Source: Callorhinchus milii (taxonomy: Eukaryota). From it: DNA of 64,000 bases. Where the stretch lies: the NCBI RefSeq assembly GCF_018977255.1, contig NW_024704743.1, forward strand, positions 50,036,001 to 50,100,000. Reading direction: 5' to 3'. Under the pieces are notes generated by a model, which did not search any database, was not told where the DNA came from, and saw nothing but the letters and a program-made list of their open reading frames with translations. This document shows, in pieces, positions 24,089 to 37,370 of the stretch. The position numbers were made by a program, and so were the translations under genes. Position 1 is the stretch's first letter. Each line of letters opens with the position of its first letter.

Positions 24089-26899
24089 CTGCAAGTCATT
24101 TGCAAATGTAACTATCTTGCATTGAGGCTGCTAATTCTGGTTAGCATTAAGGGGTTGAAAATGAATAAATACCTTAGGACGGGTGAATTATACCCCAGGG
24201 GACTTAGAGAGACAAGGGAGAGATTTGTGAACCACTGAGGGATACTTTGAGGGAGTCAGTCAACACTGGTGACCCTTACTAATGGCGATCGACCAATCTC
24301 AGTTCATAAAGGAACCTGTCATTTGGTACTTTGTCAGAGGCCTTTTGGACATTCAAATAAACTACATAATTAGGCTTTCCACAGTTAAATTGAGATTGGT
24401 AAATCTCACAGTTAAATTGAGAACCAGTGAAGATTTCACAAAGAGAACAGTTTTGATGTGAACCCCTTTATGTAATGTATTACAAACAAGTGAAAACGAT
24501 TGAGCTATTATGAATAACAATACCTGTGTTTATGGTTTATATAGGATTTTGCCCATGAGAAAAATACCTTGAAAGGAAGTGTATTGGCTCAGGTCACCAC
24601 ATGGTACTTAAATCCACTTTTGGGAACATATGAACAGAAGTATTTGTTTTGTGACAATTAGCCAACTGTGTATTAACTATTTTTATTACATGAAATGCTT
24701 GATCTGTGATTTAACTGAACATTCCATACTTCGTCCACTTGGGATTATCATTTACTACATGATGCTTTACAGAGCACTGATCTAGACTACTAATGCATGT
24801 ATTTTGTAACGACCAGAACAATCAATATGCCAGTGTTTTGCGTAGGCTGTGCACCTACACTAAATTCCTTGCAGTACTTTTTTATACAAGTTGCTGTATT
24901 GTAATCAGAGTATAGGACACTGCTGCATGTTTCTGAAATGTTAGCGATTATTTCCTGGTACTTATCCGGCATACCACAAACCTTAAAAGGGGATCTAACG
25001 CCAAAGGGAGGCAGGCGTTAATTATTGGGACTTTTACATGCAGGTCCTATAATACAATATTTCAACTTAAATTAATTTTTTATCAAATTTGCAATGTATT
25101 TATTAAGACTTTATATAGCCTGTACAGCATGGAACCGGCCATTCCGCCCAATCCTATCATACAGGTGTTTGTACACCATCCATTCCTCACTCCCTCCCAT
25201 ACCCATCTATTCCCCCTCATGTGAAGGTCTTGATTCCTCATAAATGCATCAAAACTATCTGATTCAACTAGCGTAGCAGGTGGCGGGTTCTATAATTTCA
25301 CTATTCTCTGTGTGAAGTAGCTCTTATATTCTTTTTTAGATCCCCTAGTCGCTATTTTATACTTGTGAACCCTGTTTATGGATTCCCCAATAAGTGAGAA
25401 CCTGGGTGCTCTCGCTTGCAAGGGGAGCATGCAAACCACTATGCTACGGGACTCCACATGGGTGAACATTAGGAAAGGTAATTGGACACATTCAGTTTTT
25501 TTTAAGAAGTCAGAATTTAAGAAATATCTGTAATTTTGCAGCATCCTAAATTTTAACACAAAATGATCTTGCAGCCTCGAACAAAATTCGGGCCTATTGA
25601 TATAAATTATCTTAGATGATGCAATTTTGCACCTTATTGGGAATTTTGACCAGTGAAAATAACATTTTTGCCGCTGATTTCAATGACAGTATATATCTGT
25701 GCTGTACAAAGTACAAAGCACAAAGTACAAAGTACATATAATTTTCAATATTTATTATTATTTTATTTTAATAATGAAACGGATAATTTCATCAAGCTAT
25801 TCACACCAGGAAAGTCAAAATTATCTCTGAGATATGTGGCCAGCTACTGAGTATAAGGACAATACCCCCATTCATTGAGTTTTGGACCAATTCAATGGAT
25901 GAGATAATGAATGACTGATGAATTTTAATCCAAATAAATGTAAAATACGCACATTGGAATATGAAATACAAAATAAGCATAGACAAAGAACAAATTTCCA
26001 TTATTAAAGGCAGCATCAATAAACATCAATAATACCCTACCATTATTGGTAGGGTATTATTGATGTTTACTGAAAATGTGCACTCAAAATGAAACTGACA
26101 TCAACAGCACTAATCATGGATTTGCATGCATTTGCAAGGCCAGGTTTTTCTAACCACATATAAATTAATGGTGAGATGACAGTTAGGAGTTTGTTGGTAA
26201 ATTTGCTCTTGATAGTGACTGTGCACTATTCTCCAATTGTTAGTCGATTCATAGACCTTGGTGATGTTTCCCATTGATGGAATGTTAAGTAAATGATTTG
26301 CAAATGTATCACAAAGCAGAAAATAATTCACACTTGTCACCAAAATTGTTAATTTACCCATGGACTGACAGTAATACCAGGACTCGGGCTTTAAGCTATG
26401 ATAATCAACTCACAAAAATGTATTTCCTAACATAAAATAATGAGAGCAGACATTATGCGGGTTTTCAAAAATCGTCAATAATGTAAATGCAAGGGTATTT
26501 GTAAAGTACATTTCATGTTCTAATTTATATTAATTCACATTTATCTACATTAAAATCCACTGACATTGGTTGACAACAGACCTAATGGGTTTGAGCGGTC
26601 AATTTTGCTTGCTCTTCATTGTAGACTCTTTGCTCATAAGCATTAAACTCATTTCATGCATTATTTGTCACATGATTTCTCACTACACATGAGGAATTGC
26701 AGAGCCTTTTGCTGGGAATTGCATTGTTATTCTCTTTCATTCCTCACATAAACCCTGCTTGAAAAGCACTTCCAAAGAACCATAGAAATGGCAGTCACAG
26801 TAAGATGCTATTTTACCCACTTTTTTATGTCACTATTTTGCTCCTCCAAAAAGTCATCTAACCTAATTCCAATTCCCTGCTCTCGCCACATACACTTGA

Positions 26900-27336
26900 A
26901 CCATAGAAATACAGAACCAGAAACATTTATGGCAAAGCAGAAAGCCATTCAGCTCATCATATTTGTGCTGGCTCCCTCAAGAGCAATCCTTTCAGTCCCA
27001 TTTACTCTTTCTCCATACTCCTTTTTGAGGTATTTGTCCAATTACCTCTTGAAGGCGAATATGCATTTTGCTTCAACTGCAGCTCCCGGCAGGGCATTCC
27101 ATATCCTAACTAATCTGTTCATGAAAAAAATTCTCCTAACCTCCCCATTTGCTTCTTTATTATCTTAAATTGATAATGATGTAATTATTATTGTTGTTAT
27201 AATATCTTAAATTGATGCCCTCTAGACACTGACTCACGGACCAGTGGAAATAATTTCTCTCTATTGGATCTATTAAAACTCCTCATAATTTTAAATTCCT
27301 CCATCAGGTCACACCTCAACCGTCTTTGTTCCAGTG
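26900..27336 (-). mobile_element. CR1 LINE 3' fragment
   Basis: Reverse complement resembles the 3' part of the 27595-28865 element. Confidence 0.7.
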
Positions 27337-27851
27337 CTCTTCGCCTCGCTCTGTCTTTTCCTATTTTCAGGTCTCAGCTGAAGACCTTTCTTTTCAACCA
27401 TGCCTTTGGTCAACTTCCTCCCCCTGGCTCGACCCCGGGATCCGTTACTGTGAAGCTCTCTGAGATGCCGTCCGGCGTGGAGGGTGCTATATAAATCCAA
27501 GTTGTTGTTGTTGCTATTGGATGTTAAAGATCCCATGCACTATTCAAAATGAGAAGGGAGGTTCTCATGGAGAGAAGAGAGTCAGCAAGGGTTTGTGTCA
27601 AAGAGAGTTAGCATGGATTTGTAAAGGGTAGGTCGTGTCCGACTAATCTAGTTGAATTTTTTGAGGAGGTCACTAATAGGAGAATGTCTATGGATGTCAT
27701 TTATATGGACTTTCAGAAGGCATTTGATAAGGTTCCGCACAAAAGATTATTAGTGAAAATGGAAGTGTGGATCTGGAGGTAACCTTGTAACGTGGCTTGG
27801 TAATTGGTTGGGAAGCAGGAAACAGAGAGTAGGGGTAAAGGGAATGTTCTC
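27337..27851 (+). repeat. Inverted duplication, copy 2 (partner 22024-22538)
   Basis: Same L2-tail/SINE/CR1 composite in the opposite orientation. Confidence 0.95.
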
Positions 27852-28865
27852 TGATTGGCGGGACATGACAAGTGTTGTCCTCCAGGGAGCTGTACTGGGA
27901 CCTCAACTGTTTGCCATATATGTCAATGATTTGGATAAAGAAATAGAAAGCTTTATATCTAAGCTGATAGACAACACTAAGCAAGGAGGCTCAGTAAATT
28001 GTATAGATGGGAGAAGGAAGTTACAAAGGGAGTTAGTCAGATTAAGTGAGTGGGCAAAGCTGTGGCAGCTGGTGTTCAATGTAGGAAAGTGCGAAGTCAG
28101 CCACTATGGATCAAAAAAAGTTAAAGCAAAATATTTTCCTCATGGGGAGAAACTAAGAACTGTGGAGGAGCAAAGGGATTTGGGTGTCCATATCCACACA
28201 TCACTAAAAACTTGTTCCCAGGTGCAGAAAGTAATCAAAAAGGCAAATGGAACATTGGCCTATCTCAAAGGGGGAAGAAACGATGCTTCAACTGTATACA
28301 GCATTGGTCAGACCACATCTGGAGGACCATTTTCAGTTTTGGGCACCGCACCACAGGAAAGTTATATTGGCCCTGGAGGGGGTGCAGTGCAGGTTCACCA
28401 GAATTTTACCAGGCCTTAAAGGGTTAAGTTATGAGGAAAGGCTGCATAAACTTGTATTCCCTTGAGTTCAGATGGTTGAGGGGTGATTTGACTGAGGTGT
28501 TTAAGCTAATAAAGGGAATTGATAGGGTAGATACAGAGAAACTATTTCCTCTGGCGGGGAATCCAAAACAAAGGGGCATAGTCTTAAAATTAGAACCAGG
28601 TCATTTAAGGGTGAAATCAGGAAGCATTTTTTCACTGAAAGGGTGGTAGAAGTCTGGAACTCTCTCCCGAAAAGGCTGTGGATGCTGGATCCATCCACAC
28701 CTTTAAGAGTGAGGTTGATAGATTTTTGGTAGGTCAGAGTATCAAGGGATATGGGGAAAAAGTGGGAAATTGGAATTGACAAGATTAGTTGAGGTATAGA
28801 TCAGCCATGATCTAATTGAATGGCAGAACAGGCTTGAAGGGCTGAATGGCCCACTTCTGTTCCTA
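27595..28865 (+). mobile_element. CR1-type LINE, 5'-truncated and degenerate (RT to 3' end)
   Basis: YMDFQKAFDKVPH, QGAVLGPQLFAIYVNDL, FNVGKC, LYTALVRPHLE, LRGDL motifs; frameshifts and loss of the (Y/F)ADD motif. Confidence 0.93.
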
Positions 28866-30739
28866 CATTCATGGGCAGCAATCCCCCAAATAAAATTGAT
28901 CATTCATTTCTTGGCTGTTTGTGGAACATGTTGTCGTTTGCAAATTGGTTGCTTCGCCTACAAATGCAATCACTTCACTTTACAGTATAAACCGTGAAAT
29001 GCTTTGTGAGATATCTCGGCAACATGATGAAGCACTCTATCAAATGCAAAGAATATAATTATTAAATGAATAAAAGTCAAAAATACTGTTCTTGCTTTAT
29101 ATAACTCACTCATCGGTGAGTTTTGAATTCTGCAGTAATATTTCCTAAACGCATTCATAAACTTTAATGAACATGCGTAGAATCACATAAAAATGGCAAC
29201 AATTTGATTTATGGGCACTGTAGCTTCAATAGGCAGTCACCCCCAATTGTAAAGACAAAGACATAATTAAAGGTGGCTGTCGAATCTGCTGTGACTGCAG
29301 ATACAGTTACTGCATCAAATTAATAATATTCACTTGCAATTTTTATTTGAAGCAGTCTTAAAGTCAGAATAATTTAAAGCAATTTGAGCTTACCTTTTCT
29401 TTTGTGATGGTGAAATCTTGGTCTAAACGTCATCCAGGTAACTGCTATTTGTGACCTCATTATCTTTTATTATACTTTCAGTGCACAAAGACTCATGTAC
29501 ATTGATGGTAAATACCATGGCTGAGATTTAATTTAAAAGCTAGGTAATTCAAAGGATGTACGCCTGTCAGAAGTACTTTGGTGTGGAAAGATCTGTATCA
29601 TTTATAATTTTCACGAATAATCATTTACATTTTCATGAATATTCAATTTGAATATGCCCTCAAACGACTCCTTCTGCTGTGGAGCCACTGATCTAAAATA
29701 CCACTGTTGTCTTTAATAAAACCCTCATTGATTTATCTGGTTGAGAAAAGACATCATGATTTATAATCATTTTAATGGAGCAGCAGAATGATTGATTGTG
29801 GGTCAGAATCACAGTCCACTGCTAGTCATGTCTGCACATTGCCTCAACTCATACATTTCAGTTTATGCTTGCCTGGGTAATACTATAAATTGTTCTCCCA
29901 GCAAAAGGCAAAAAAGTTATACAGCAATTAATTATTTTCTTGGCCATTTTAAAATAATTCAGTATCCCCATTTCTTAATTCCCCTAAAGGGTAGATTCTT
30001 CAACTCTATCCAGTTGGATAATCAACAATATTGACCTGGAAAATAATGGAAACTCAGGATTTTGTGTTTACTGATAATCAATCAGTTCAATGAATTTGGA
30101 TCCTTGCCGTGATCATCCACATCCAAGAAGTTTTGTGTTATGCTCCCCATGAGAGCATAGGAATAATATGCATCAAGTGACTTGGGTCCCCAATGGAATG
30201 GCAGGAACAACAAATGCTGACCTTTGGAGTGCTTATAGACAGTTACTCGTATTCCAGTTACATCAGTTGAGATTTTGAGGGCTTGATACTGATCCTGGTT
30301 CCATTGCTGTAACATAAGGGGGCTGACTAGGCCCCAGAGGCAGTGAAGAGCGAGAGGGAGAGTGCAATGAGTGAAATCCCCCGTGTTACAGGAATGAACT
30401 TGGGAGACAATTAGCTAGGATAATTCAGTCTTGAAAAGATATGTCTCAGAGGTATATATATATATAACAGTAAATTTTCAGTAAAATTATGAAACCATGA
30501 AATCGCTGAAATTAGGAGTCAGGGATGTTGGTGAAAAAGTGATCATTTCATCATATTGATAGCTTTGCCTTGACACTTGTTAGCATTATCAACAAATAAA
30601 TAACACATTACGAAAATTAATATTTTATTCACCATAAACTTCATGTCATATTTCATTCACTGATGAGTCAAATGTTCATTTGTTAACACAAGTGAGGCTT
30701 CCATGACACTGGGAGTTACATTTTAGCTTTGCTTTGAAG

Positions 30740-30897
30740 CAATAATAAATTGGTCATTTCAATTCACGACTATTTGTGGCCTGCCGTGTTTTGCCCACAA
30801 AATATACAGTCAATTCACTTTACAGTATATTCTATGAAGTGCTTTGAGACATCTCGGAGACTTGATAATGCACCATATCAAATGCAAAGATTATTAT
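30740..30897 (+). mobile_element. SINE 3' half
   Basis: Matches the family tail. Confidence 0.8.
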
Positions 30898-30899
30898 GA

Positions 30900-31002
30900 A
30901 ACAAAAACAGAAGTCGCTGAGAACACTCAGCAGGTCAGGCAGCATCTATGGAGAAAGGAAAGTGAGTCAACGTTTTGGGTCCACGACTCTTCATCAGAAC
31001 TG
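30900..31002 (-). mobile_element. Penelope-like retroelement terminal fragment with hammerhead-like core
   Basis: Minus strand reads cagtt-CTGATGA-agagtcgtggaccc-AAAACGTT...gatgctgcctgacctgctgagt. Confidence 0.7.
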
Positions 31003-31199
31003 GGGCAAGTTGGGAGGGAGAGGCTTTTAAGGGCAAACAGAGAGGGACCTTTATAGAGTAAGTGCTCTAAGATGCTATCCCGTGTGAAGTGCAATACATT
31101 ACAAGCAGCTATTGAGTCATACCACATAGAGACAGTGCTGGACAGTGGGTGGAAGGAGGAGGTAGTGGAAGGTAGCAGAAACAAGGGAGAGGAGGAGGT

Positions 31200-31740
31200 T
31201 GTGATCGTAAGCTCAAATAAAGAGACTTTTAGGCGGCTGTTGAAAACAAGAGAGGGGGCTGAGACAGAGGGATGGAGGGAGGGTTTGCCAAAGGATGGGG
31301 TGTTGGGTGAACAAGTGGCTGAAGCTTGGCTGCTGATTGTGGGTCAGAAAACACAAAACAGGCTTAAAATCATTGAGTGTTGGGGCGGTGGTGGGGGGGA
31401 GAGAAAGCAGAAGAGTGAGGCTGCAGAAGTTGTTGAAGTGAGGGAGCTGAGAACTACTAATGACACACAGAATCACAAGGGTTCAGGTGACGGTAAGAGG
31501 AGCACAGGAGTGATAGGAATACAGCAGATGTTTGGATGAGCTGAAGCTTGTGGGTGGTGGAGCTGAGGAAACCAGAGAGGAGAGCATTATAGGTTGGGTT
31601 TTTCAGTGACAAAATGATGGTTTCAGCAGAATCTGCATAAGATAAGGACGGAGACGGACGATGTGGCAATAATGCAGAAAGGGGACTTGGTCAGGCACAA
31701 GTTGAGAGAGATGAAAGAGGGTTGACATTGGTTCAGTGAA
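31200..31740 (-). mobile_element. Old L2 LINE fragment
   Basis: YNALLSG...HKLQLIQTSA motif. Confidence 0.65.
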
Positions 31741-32835
31741 TTGGAAAATGTCCTGGAATTTGATTATTTCAATCAGTTTTTTTTCTATTAGGAAAACGTG
31801 GATAAACTGACAAAACCAAAACTCTCCAGGCTGATCACATAGGCAGAGTTTGATGTCTTCATTCAGCGGATGTTAGAGAGAGAAATATTTATTGTACTAT
31901 TATTAATAGTGTGAAAAACAGGTGATAGTTGTTGAGCTCTCCTCTCACTGTTCTTCTGCCTGCAATTGCGAAGCCAATTTTCACAGTAGTCTGCTAATCG
32001 GCATTTATTTCATCTTCGTTATAGCTTCATATTTGGAACCTTATCAAATGCTGAGTCGTTCTATCTGCTGATCGCCTTTATCTATCAATTTCATTTGCTC
32101 CCTTAAGAATTTAAACAAAGGCACTTTTGCCTTTGAACCTTTGTGCGGCAATTATCCGTTAAATCTGGCTTTTGCCATTCCCTATAGATATGGCAGAATC
32201 TGCTGTTCGCACTGCAAGCTCTTCCCCAGGACTTTAATCAGATCCAGTCTTGTTAAGATTAATAAGCCTCAAGTGTAAATCAAAGTGCTTGAATCGAGAA
32301 TTGTGAAGAAACAAGTACCATATAGATAGATTTTTAGCTAATATGCTTAGCTAATGGAGCATGGCAGACGTTTTCCACTGTGGCTAGCGTATGCAGTAGA
32401 AAGAGGATGGAATTCAGCAAAAAATAAAACTGCGTGCTGTTACCTCAGCTCAGTGCAGCACCCCCTACCGTATCAAGGGAGCCTAACAATCAAAAAAAAC
32501 CTCAAGCAAACAGCACCAGCTTAGAAAAGGCTGCAGAACACACAGCCTCACTTTGTGCTCATCCCTTCTCAAACACTGTTATGCTTTCTCATTTTGTGTG
32601 AACAGGAAACATTTTTTGGATGATGAATGTTAGGAAGTTTAAAATTATTTCAATAAAATGAAAAAGAAAATGCATGAAAAAAGGGCAGACAAGAAATGTT
32701 CCAGAAAACTATAAAATACTAAACTGGAAAATTGGAAGAATAAAATTACCAAACAATAATAAACAATGCTTACATTTGGTATAGCTTCTTTCACATCAGG
32801 AGCAAGTCCAAGTTGCATTATATATATATATATAA

Positions 32836-33145
32836 AAATAATCCTTGCATTTTATAAAGCACCGTATCATGTCTTTGAGACATCTCAAAACTTCATACTG
32901 TAAAGTGAATTGACTATATTTTGTAGGGCGAGACACGACAGCCAATTGCACATAGCAGTGACCCACAAACAGTCGTCGATTGAGTGACCAAATTATTTAA
33001 ATTTATTTTGAAGGAATTATTACACCCCGAAAAACAATCCACCAATTGACCAACAACCGGGTTCCTACTTACTGCTAGGTAAACAGGCATGTGGAGTAAG
33101 GAACGTTTTGCACTACCGGGAATCAAACCCAGGTCCTTTCACTTG
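32836..33145 (-). mobile_element. SINE, longer subfamily
   Basis: Matches 23733-24088. Confidence 0.87.
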
Positions 33146-36100
33146 CCTTTAATGAGGGGTAACATCTCAGAGTGTGGCAAAGACAAGAGGCAGAGTTCTA
33201 CAAATGCACTGAAATGTTCCTGTCTGGAAATGGAGAATGCACTCTCTGCCTGGAGGGGCATTTACTGAAAGTGCTACAAGATGTCTTGATCTGATAAAGC
33301 ACTATAAATATGCATGTTTTGTCTGAGGAGCTAAGCAATTAGATTACTTATGTTGTAGAATTCATAACCATGGTAAAGTGTCAGCTAAGCTCAGTTTTAG
33401 CACTTTCGACTGTCTGTAAACACAGTCACTCCATTTCACAGTAAATCCTGTGAAGTGCTTCGAGGGGTCCTTCTGACGTGATAAGGTCCTATATTATTAT
33501 TTTGATAATTGCTGAGCTACTGCAGGTAAGAATCTCACCTTTGCCTTTCCATCATTTGAATAGAAGCAGACATTTTAGCACAGAAGGAGATCATTTGGCC
33601 CATAGAAGAGATCTGAATAGAAAATATCACATTTGTGATAGTTTAACTGGGCAAGCTGTATGTTTTGATACTTTATAGCACTAGCTGTTTATATGCAAAA
33701 ATATTTGGGACCACCCTATTGTTGTAGCCTCTCTTTTCTTGGGATGTCCTCAACTTGAAAAGCGCTGGATAAACGTAAATTTGTTGTTGCAAGGTCTCAG
33801 AGTAAAAATATAGATTTATAAAAATCTACCCCATTACAGCATGTACATTTGGCTAAGAAAATGATTATAATTCATGATTCACCCTTTTTCACACGAGGAT
33901 CCTCATACATTTTACCGAGCTCATGTTCTTTTCATGTTTCAATTGGTTTTACTTCAATACTGTTCCACACTACTATAGCACCCTCCACTGGTGGTTATTT
34001 TGTATAACCAATTGTGAAAGAAACATTGCACAGTAAATACATGTCCCATCCATAAACAATAATGGTATGTATGCAAAACATAACTGACGCATAATTATAA
34101 TACATTTTAATTTGAATGGCAAGTTAGTTTGCACAACCCATGGGCATAAAAAAACATGAAATAAGAAAAAAAAATTCAGCCCATAAAGTGCTTACCTTAT
34201 CAAGGGTTTCACTGCACTCACTCATTTCTTTAAAAGCTCTGTAGATTCCTCCTGAACCCCAAAGCTCATCAAGCAAACTTTCAGAATATTTATTCATCCA
34301 TTAGATGGCAGGTATCAGGAACTCCCTATGAACCCACTAGGTTCATAAGAAGTTCTTGGTACCTGCTATTCACCTCGTGAAGCCTCAAACCTGAGCTTGG
34401 TGGTTGTCAAATGATCAACCGGTAATTATCCACCGGGAGGTGGGGGAAAGAGACAGAGGATAAGTGGGGTATCCTTTGAACTGAACTGGCTTCAATTGAC
34501 CGAACCCTCTATGACAGTCTCAGTAGGCCAGTTCCTGAGCCAAGCAGGTCCTCAGTACTCCAGGGCACAGCAGCTGACAGCACTGCCAGCCTGGCTCATC
34601 GGCAGGACTTGGAAGGGCAGACCAGTCACTGCAGGCAGGGACTCTTCCCACTCAGTTCCCATTAGCCGTGCAAGCCAAAAATAATGCCTGAAAATCTTAA
34701 AAGTCCACCTGAGCAAGTAGACAGAACCTTGGTTTCATATCTCATCCAAAGGTCAGTACCTCAAAAAATGAGAAACATCCCAGCACTGCATTGGAGTGTC
34801 ATCAACAGCTTGCATTTATATAGCATGCTTCACTCAGGGCAAGATCTTGGAGCACGTCAGCAGACAAGAGTTAAATGTCCTGAGGTGGAGCTTAAAAGCT
34901 TTAAGAAAGGTTATTTGCACCTCCTGATTACTTTAAACATGTTTAACATTTAAATGTGCCTCTGCAGTATTGCAGTTATATATTAGGAAGCCTTGAAGTA
35001 CACATGCGCAACTTTATAAAAATATTGATGAGCGCACATAACAAACGAGTTAGTTGGAGATTGGAAGGGAAAAAGGTCATGGCCATAAAGCTTCAGCATT
35101 ATTCCGTATATAGTCATTCAAAATAATTGTCCGATTGGAGTCTAGTTTGGTATTTCTTAAGAACCACCCTGAGAAGTAGACACAAGTCACAATGACCCAT
35201 AAGAACTCTGCTCAGATTTACTTCCGAATCAGAGGACTTGCAAATTTCTGAGCAATCCCATCAAGAAAAACTAACAGAGCCTATTATTCATAAGATGGCT
35301 AAAAGCAAGAAACCAACAGTAATGGAGATGGCAACACTACAAAAAACAGCCTCTAAGAATGACCTCTAAACAACAGAAAGAAAATCTGCTGAAAGAATTA
35401 CTGCACTTTCAGCTAGTACTGTGGAGGTCGGCCAATTGTCCAAGAAAAGGTTAACCCAAATTGTCAGTCAACCAGTGAATACAAAAGCAGGAAAAATGGA
35501 GCCTCTACATATATACTGAATGCTGCTTTACAGTCCCTCACTGATCCTCGTTTCAAAAGAGCCAGTTTGCGTTAGTGCAGTATCAAAAAAACGAAAAAGA
35601 ATCAAGTTTTGTAGGCAATAGGAAGAATTCATCCCCTGAAGCCTAAATTGAATTTATTGTCCTAGATTGAAAGGGCAGTGTTTTAATGCAAAATTCCACT
35701 TCCTCAGGGCAAGGCTTATAATAAAAATGATTGGGCGACACTAGATAATTATGTGACTTTGTACAGCCATTGGATGCTGTGACCCAAGCTTAATATAAAA
35801 GTAAAAATAGTGATAGCTTTGCATTAAGAATTTATGACAATATAATCCAGATGTTAAAAAGGAAAGCAGCTTCCACTCAGATAATCAATGTCTCAGATGT
35901 TACATTGAGATGTTGCTACAGTTGAATTATGTTGATGTGTAATTTACTTGAGTTTACTGCACTACAAATTATATAGTATTAATACTCTTGTTCTTGAAAA
36001 TTATAAAATAAGTGAATTGATTTCTGCCCTGAACCAAAATCAAGTCCCATAAAAGAAGGAAAATGATCATTTCCATAAACCAAGGATAGGCAATTAGGAT

Positions 36101-37044
36101 TAATCTAGATGTTTAATTTTTGGAAAAGTACAAAAATATAAATCCTTGCAGTTGAAGCATCTTTCATATGAGGGCAGTGTCTCAAAGATTTTCATAGAAT
36201 TGAAAATTGTATTGAATGTATTTTCCAGGCAAAATTCCTCGATTTAGTGACAAATTTGGTGTATCAAACCCCAAAATGGACTTAAATAATGATCAAGGTA
36301 TTATTATTATTATTAAGGTATCAAGCTCCCATTAAGCACTCAGAGACATTGCCTAATGTGAAAGGTGCTATGTGAATGCAAGTTGTGGTTATAATTCTAA
36401 GATTTCTCCAAAAGCCAATAACATTGCATGGCCCAGAAGCACTTACACCAAGGAAATAGGACAGAAAGGCTTAGGTTTGTGAAGCAGAAATTGAAGACAT
36501 CATTTTTTTTACAGAAGGCTACACTGCTGGAACAGGTTACCAGGAAAGGTTGACATCATTAGTAAATAAACTTTTAATAGCTTGATGCTGCAATGGTAAC
36601 ATGGAGGAGTGTGTATTCTAAGAGGATTGAGTCACATTTGTGAATGTTTATGCGAGTCAAATGAAATAAAAACCTGGAATTGTATGTTTCTCAGATCTAG
36701 ACAATGTAGAATTACCTTTATTCAGAAATTTCTTTGCCCAGGGTTGGTGAAAACCCTTAAATCTGAAGGTGGAAACTTATAAGGGATGTCACACTCATCT
36801 GAACAAATTTCTACTCAGAAGTTATGATCTACACTTGCAGTCTGACCAACAACAAGAACTTGCATTTATATAGCGCCATTCATGCGGGCTAGCAACCCGG
36901 AACACTCATGGCATTTGTATGTGCAGAGATGACTCTGAGCTGGAGGTGGGGGGGAAAAGAGAAACTACGGTGTACTAGAGATAGCAGCTGAATTCAACAA
37001 GATATGCACCTGGGAAAATTAAAGGCAATAATCACAAGCTAAAT

Positions 37045-37370
37045 AATAATCCTTTCCTAGTGCCTTTCATGTCAGAACATCCCAAAGCATTTCACAGGAT
37101 TTACTGCACAGTGACTATTTTGCAGGCAATCGTGGCAAACCAATTGCAATAGCAATGTCTCACAAACAGCATGGAATGAGTGACTAATTTTATTTGGGGC
37201 ATTTTTAGCCACAAAACTCCCTACTATTTTCAAAAAGTGCCATGGGATCTTTAACATCCACCTGAACAACCAGACAGGACCTTGGTTCAATGTCTCATCC
37301 GAAGTACAGCATCTCTGACAATGCAACACAACCCCAGGACTGAATTGCAGGGTCAGTTTAGACTATGAAC
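37045..37370 (-). mobile_element. Deu-domain SINE fragment
   Basis: agtgccatgggatctttaacatccacctgaac core. Confidence 0.7.

Noticed and set aside
27808..28419. 203-aa ORF as an active reverse transcriptase
   Set aside because: Truncated CR1 with the catalytic motif degraded to LIDN and several frameshifts
31960..32120. Possible conserved non-coding element
   Set aside because: Contains ggaaccttatcaaatgc (AFDKVP on the minus strand), so it is an ancient CR1 RT remnant; likewise ~24300-24480
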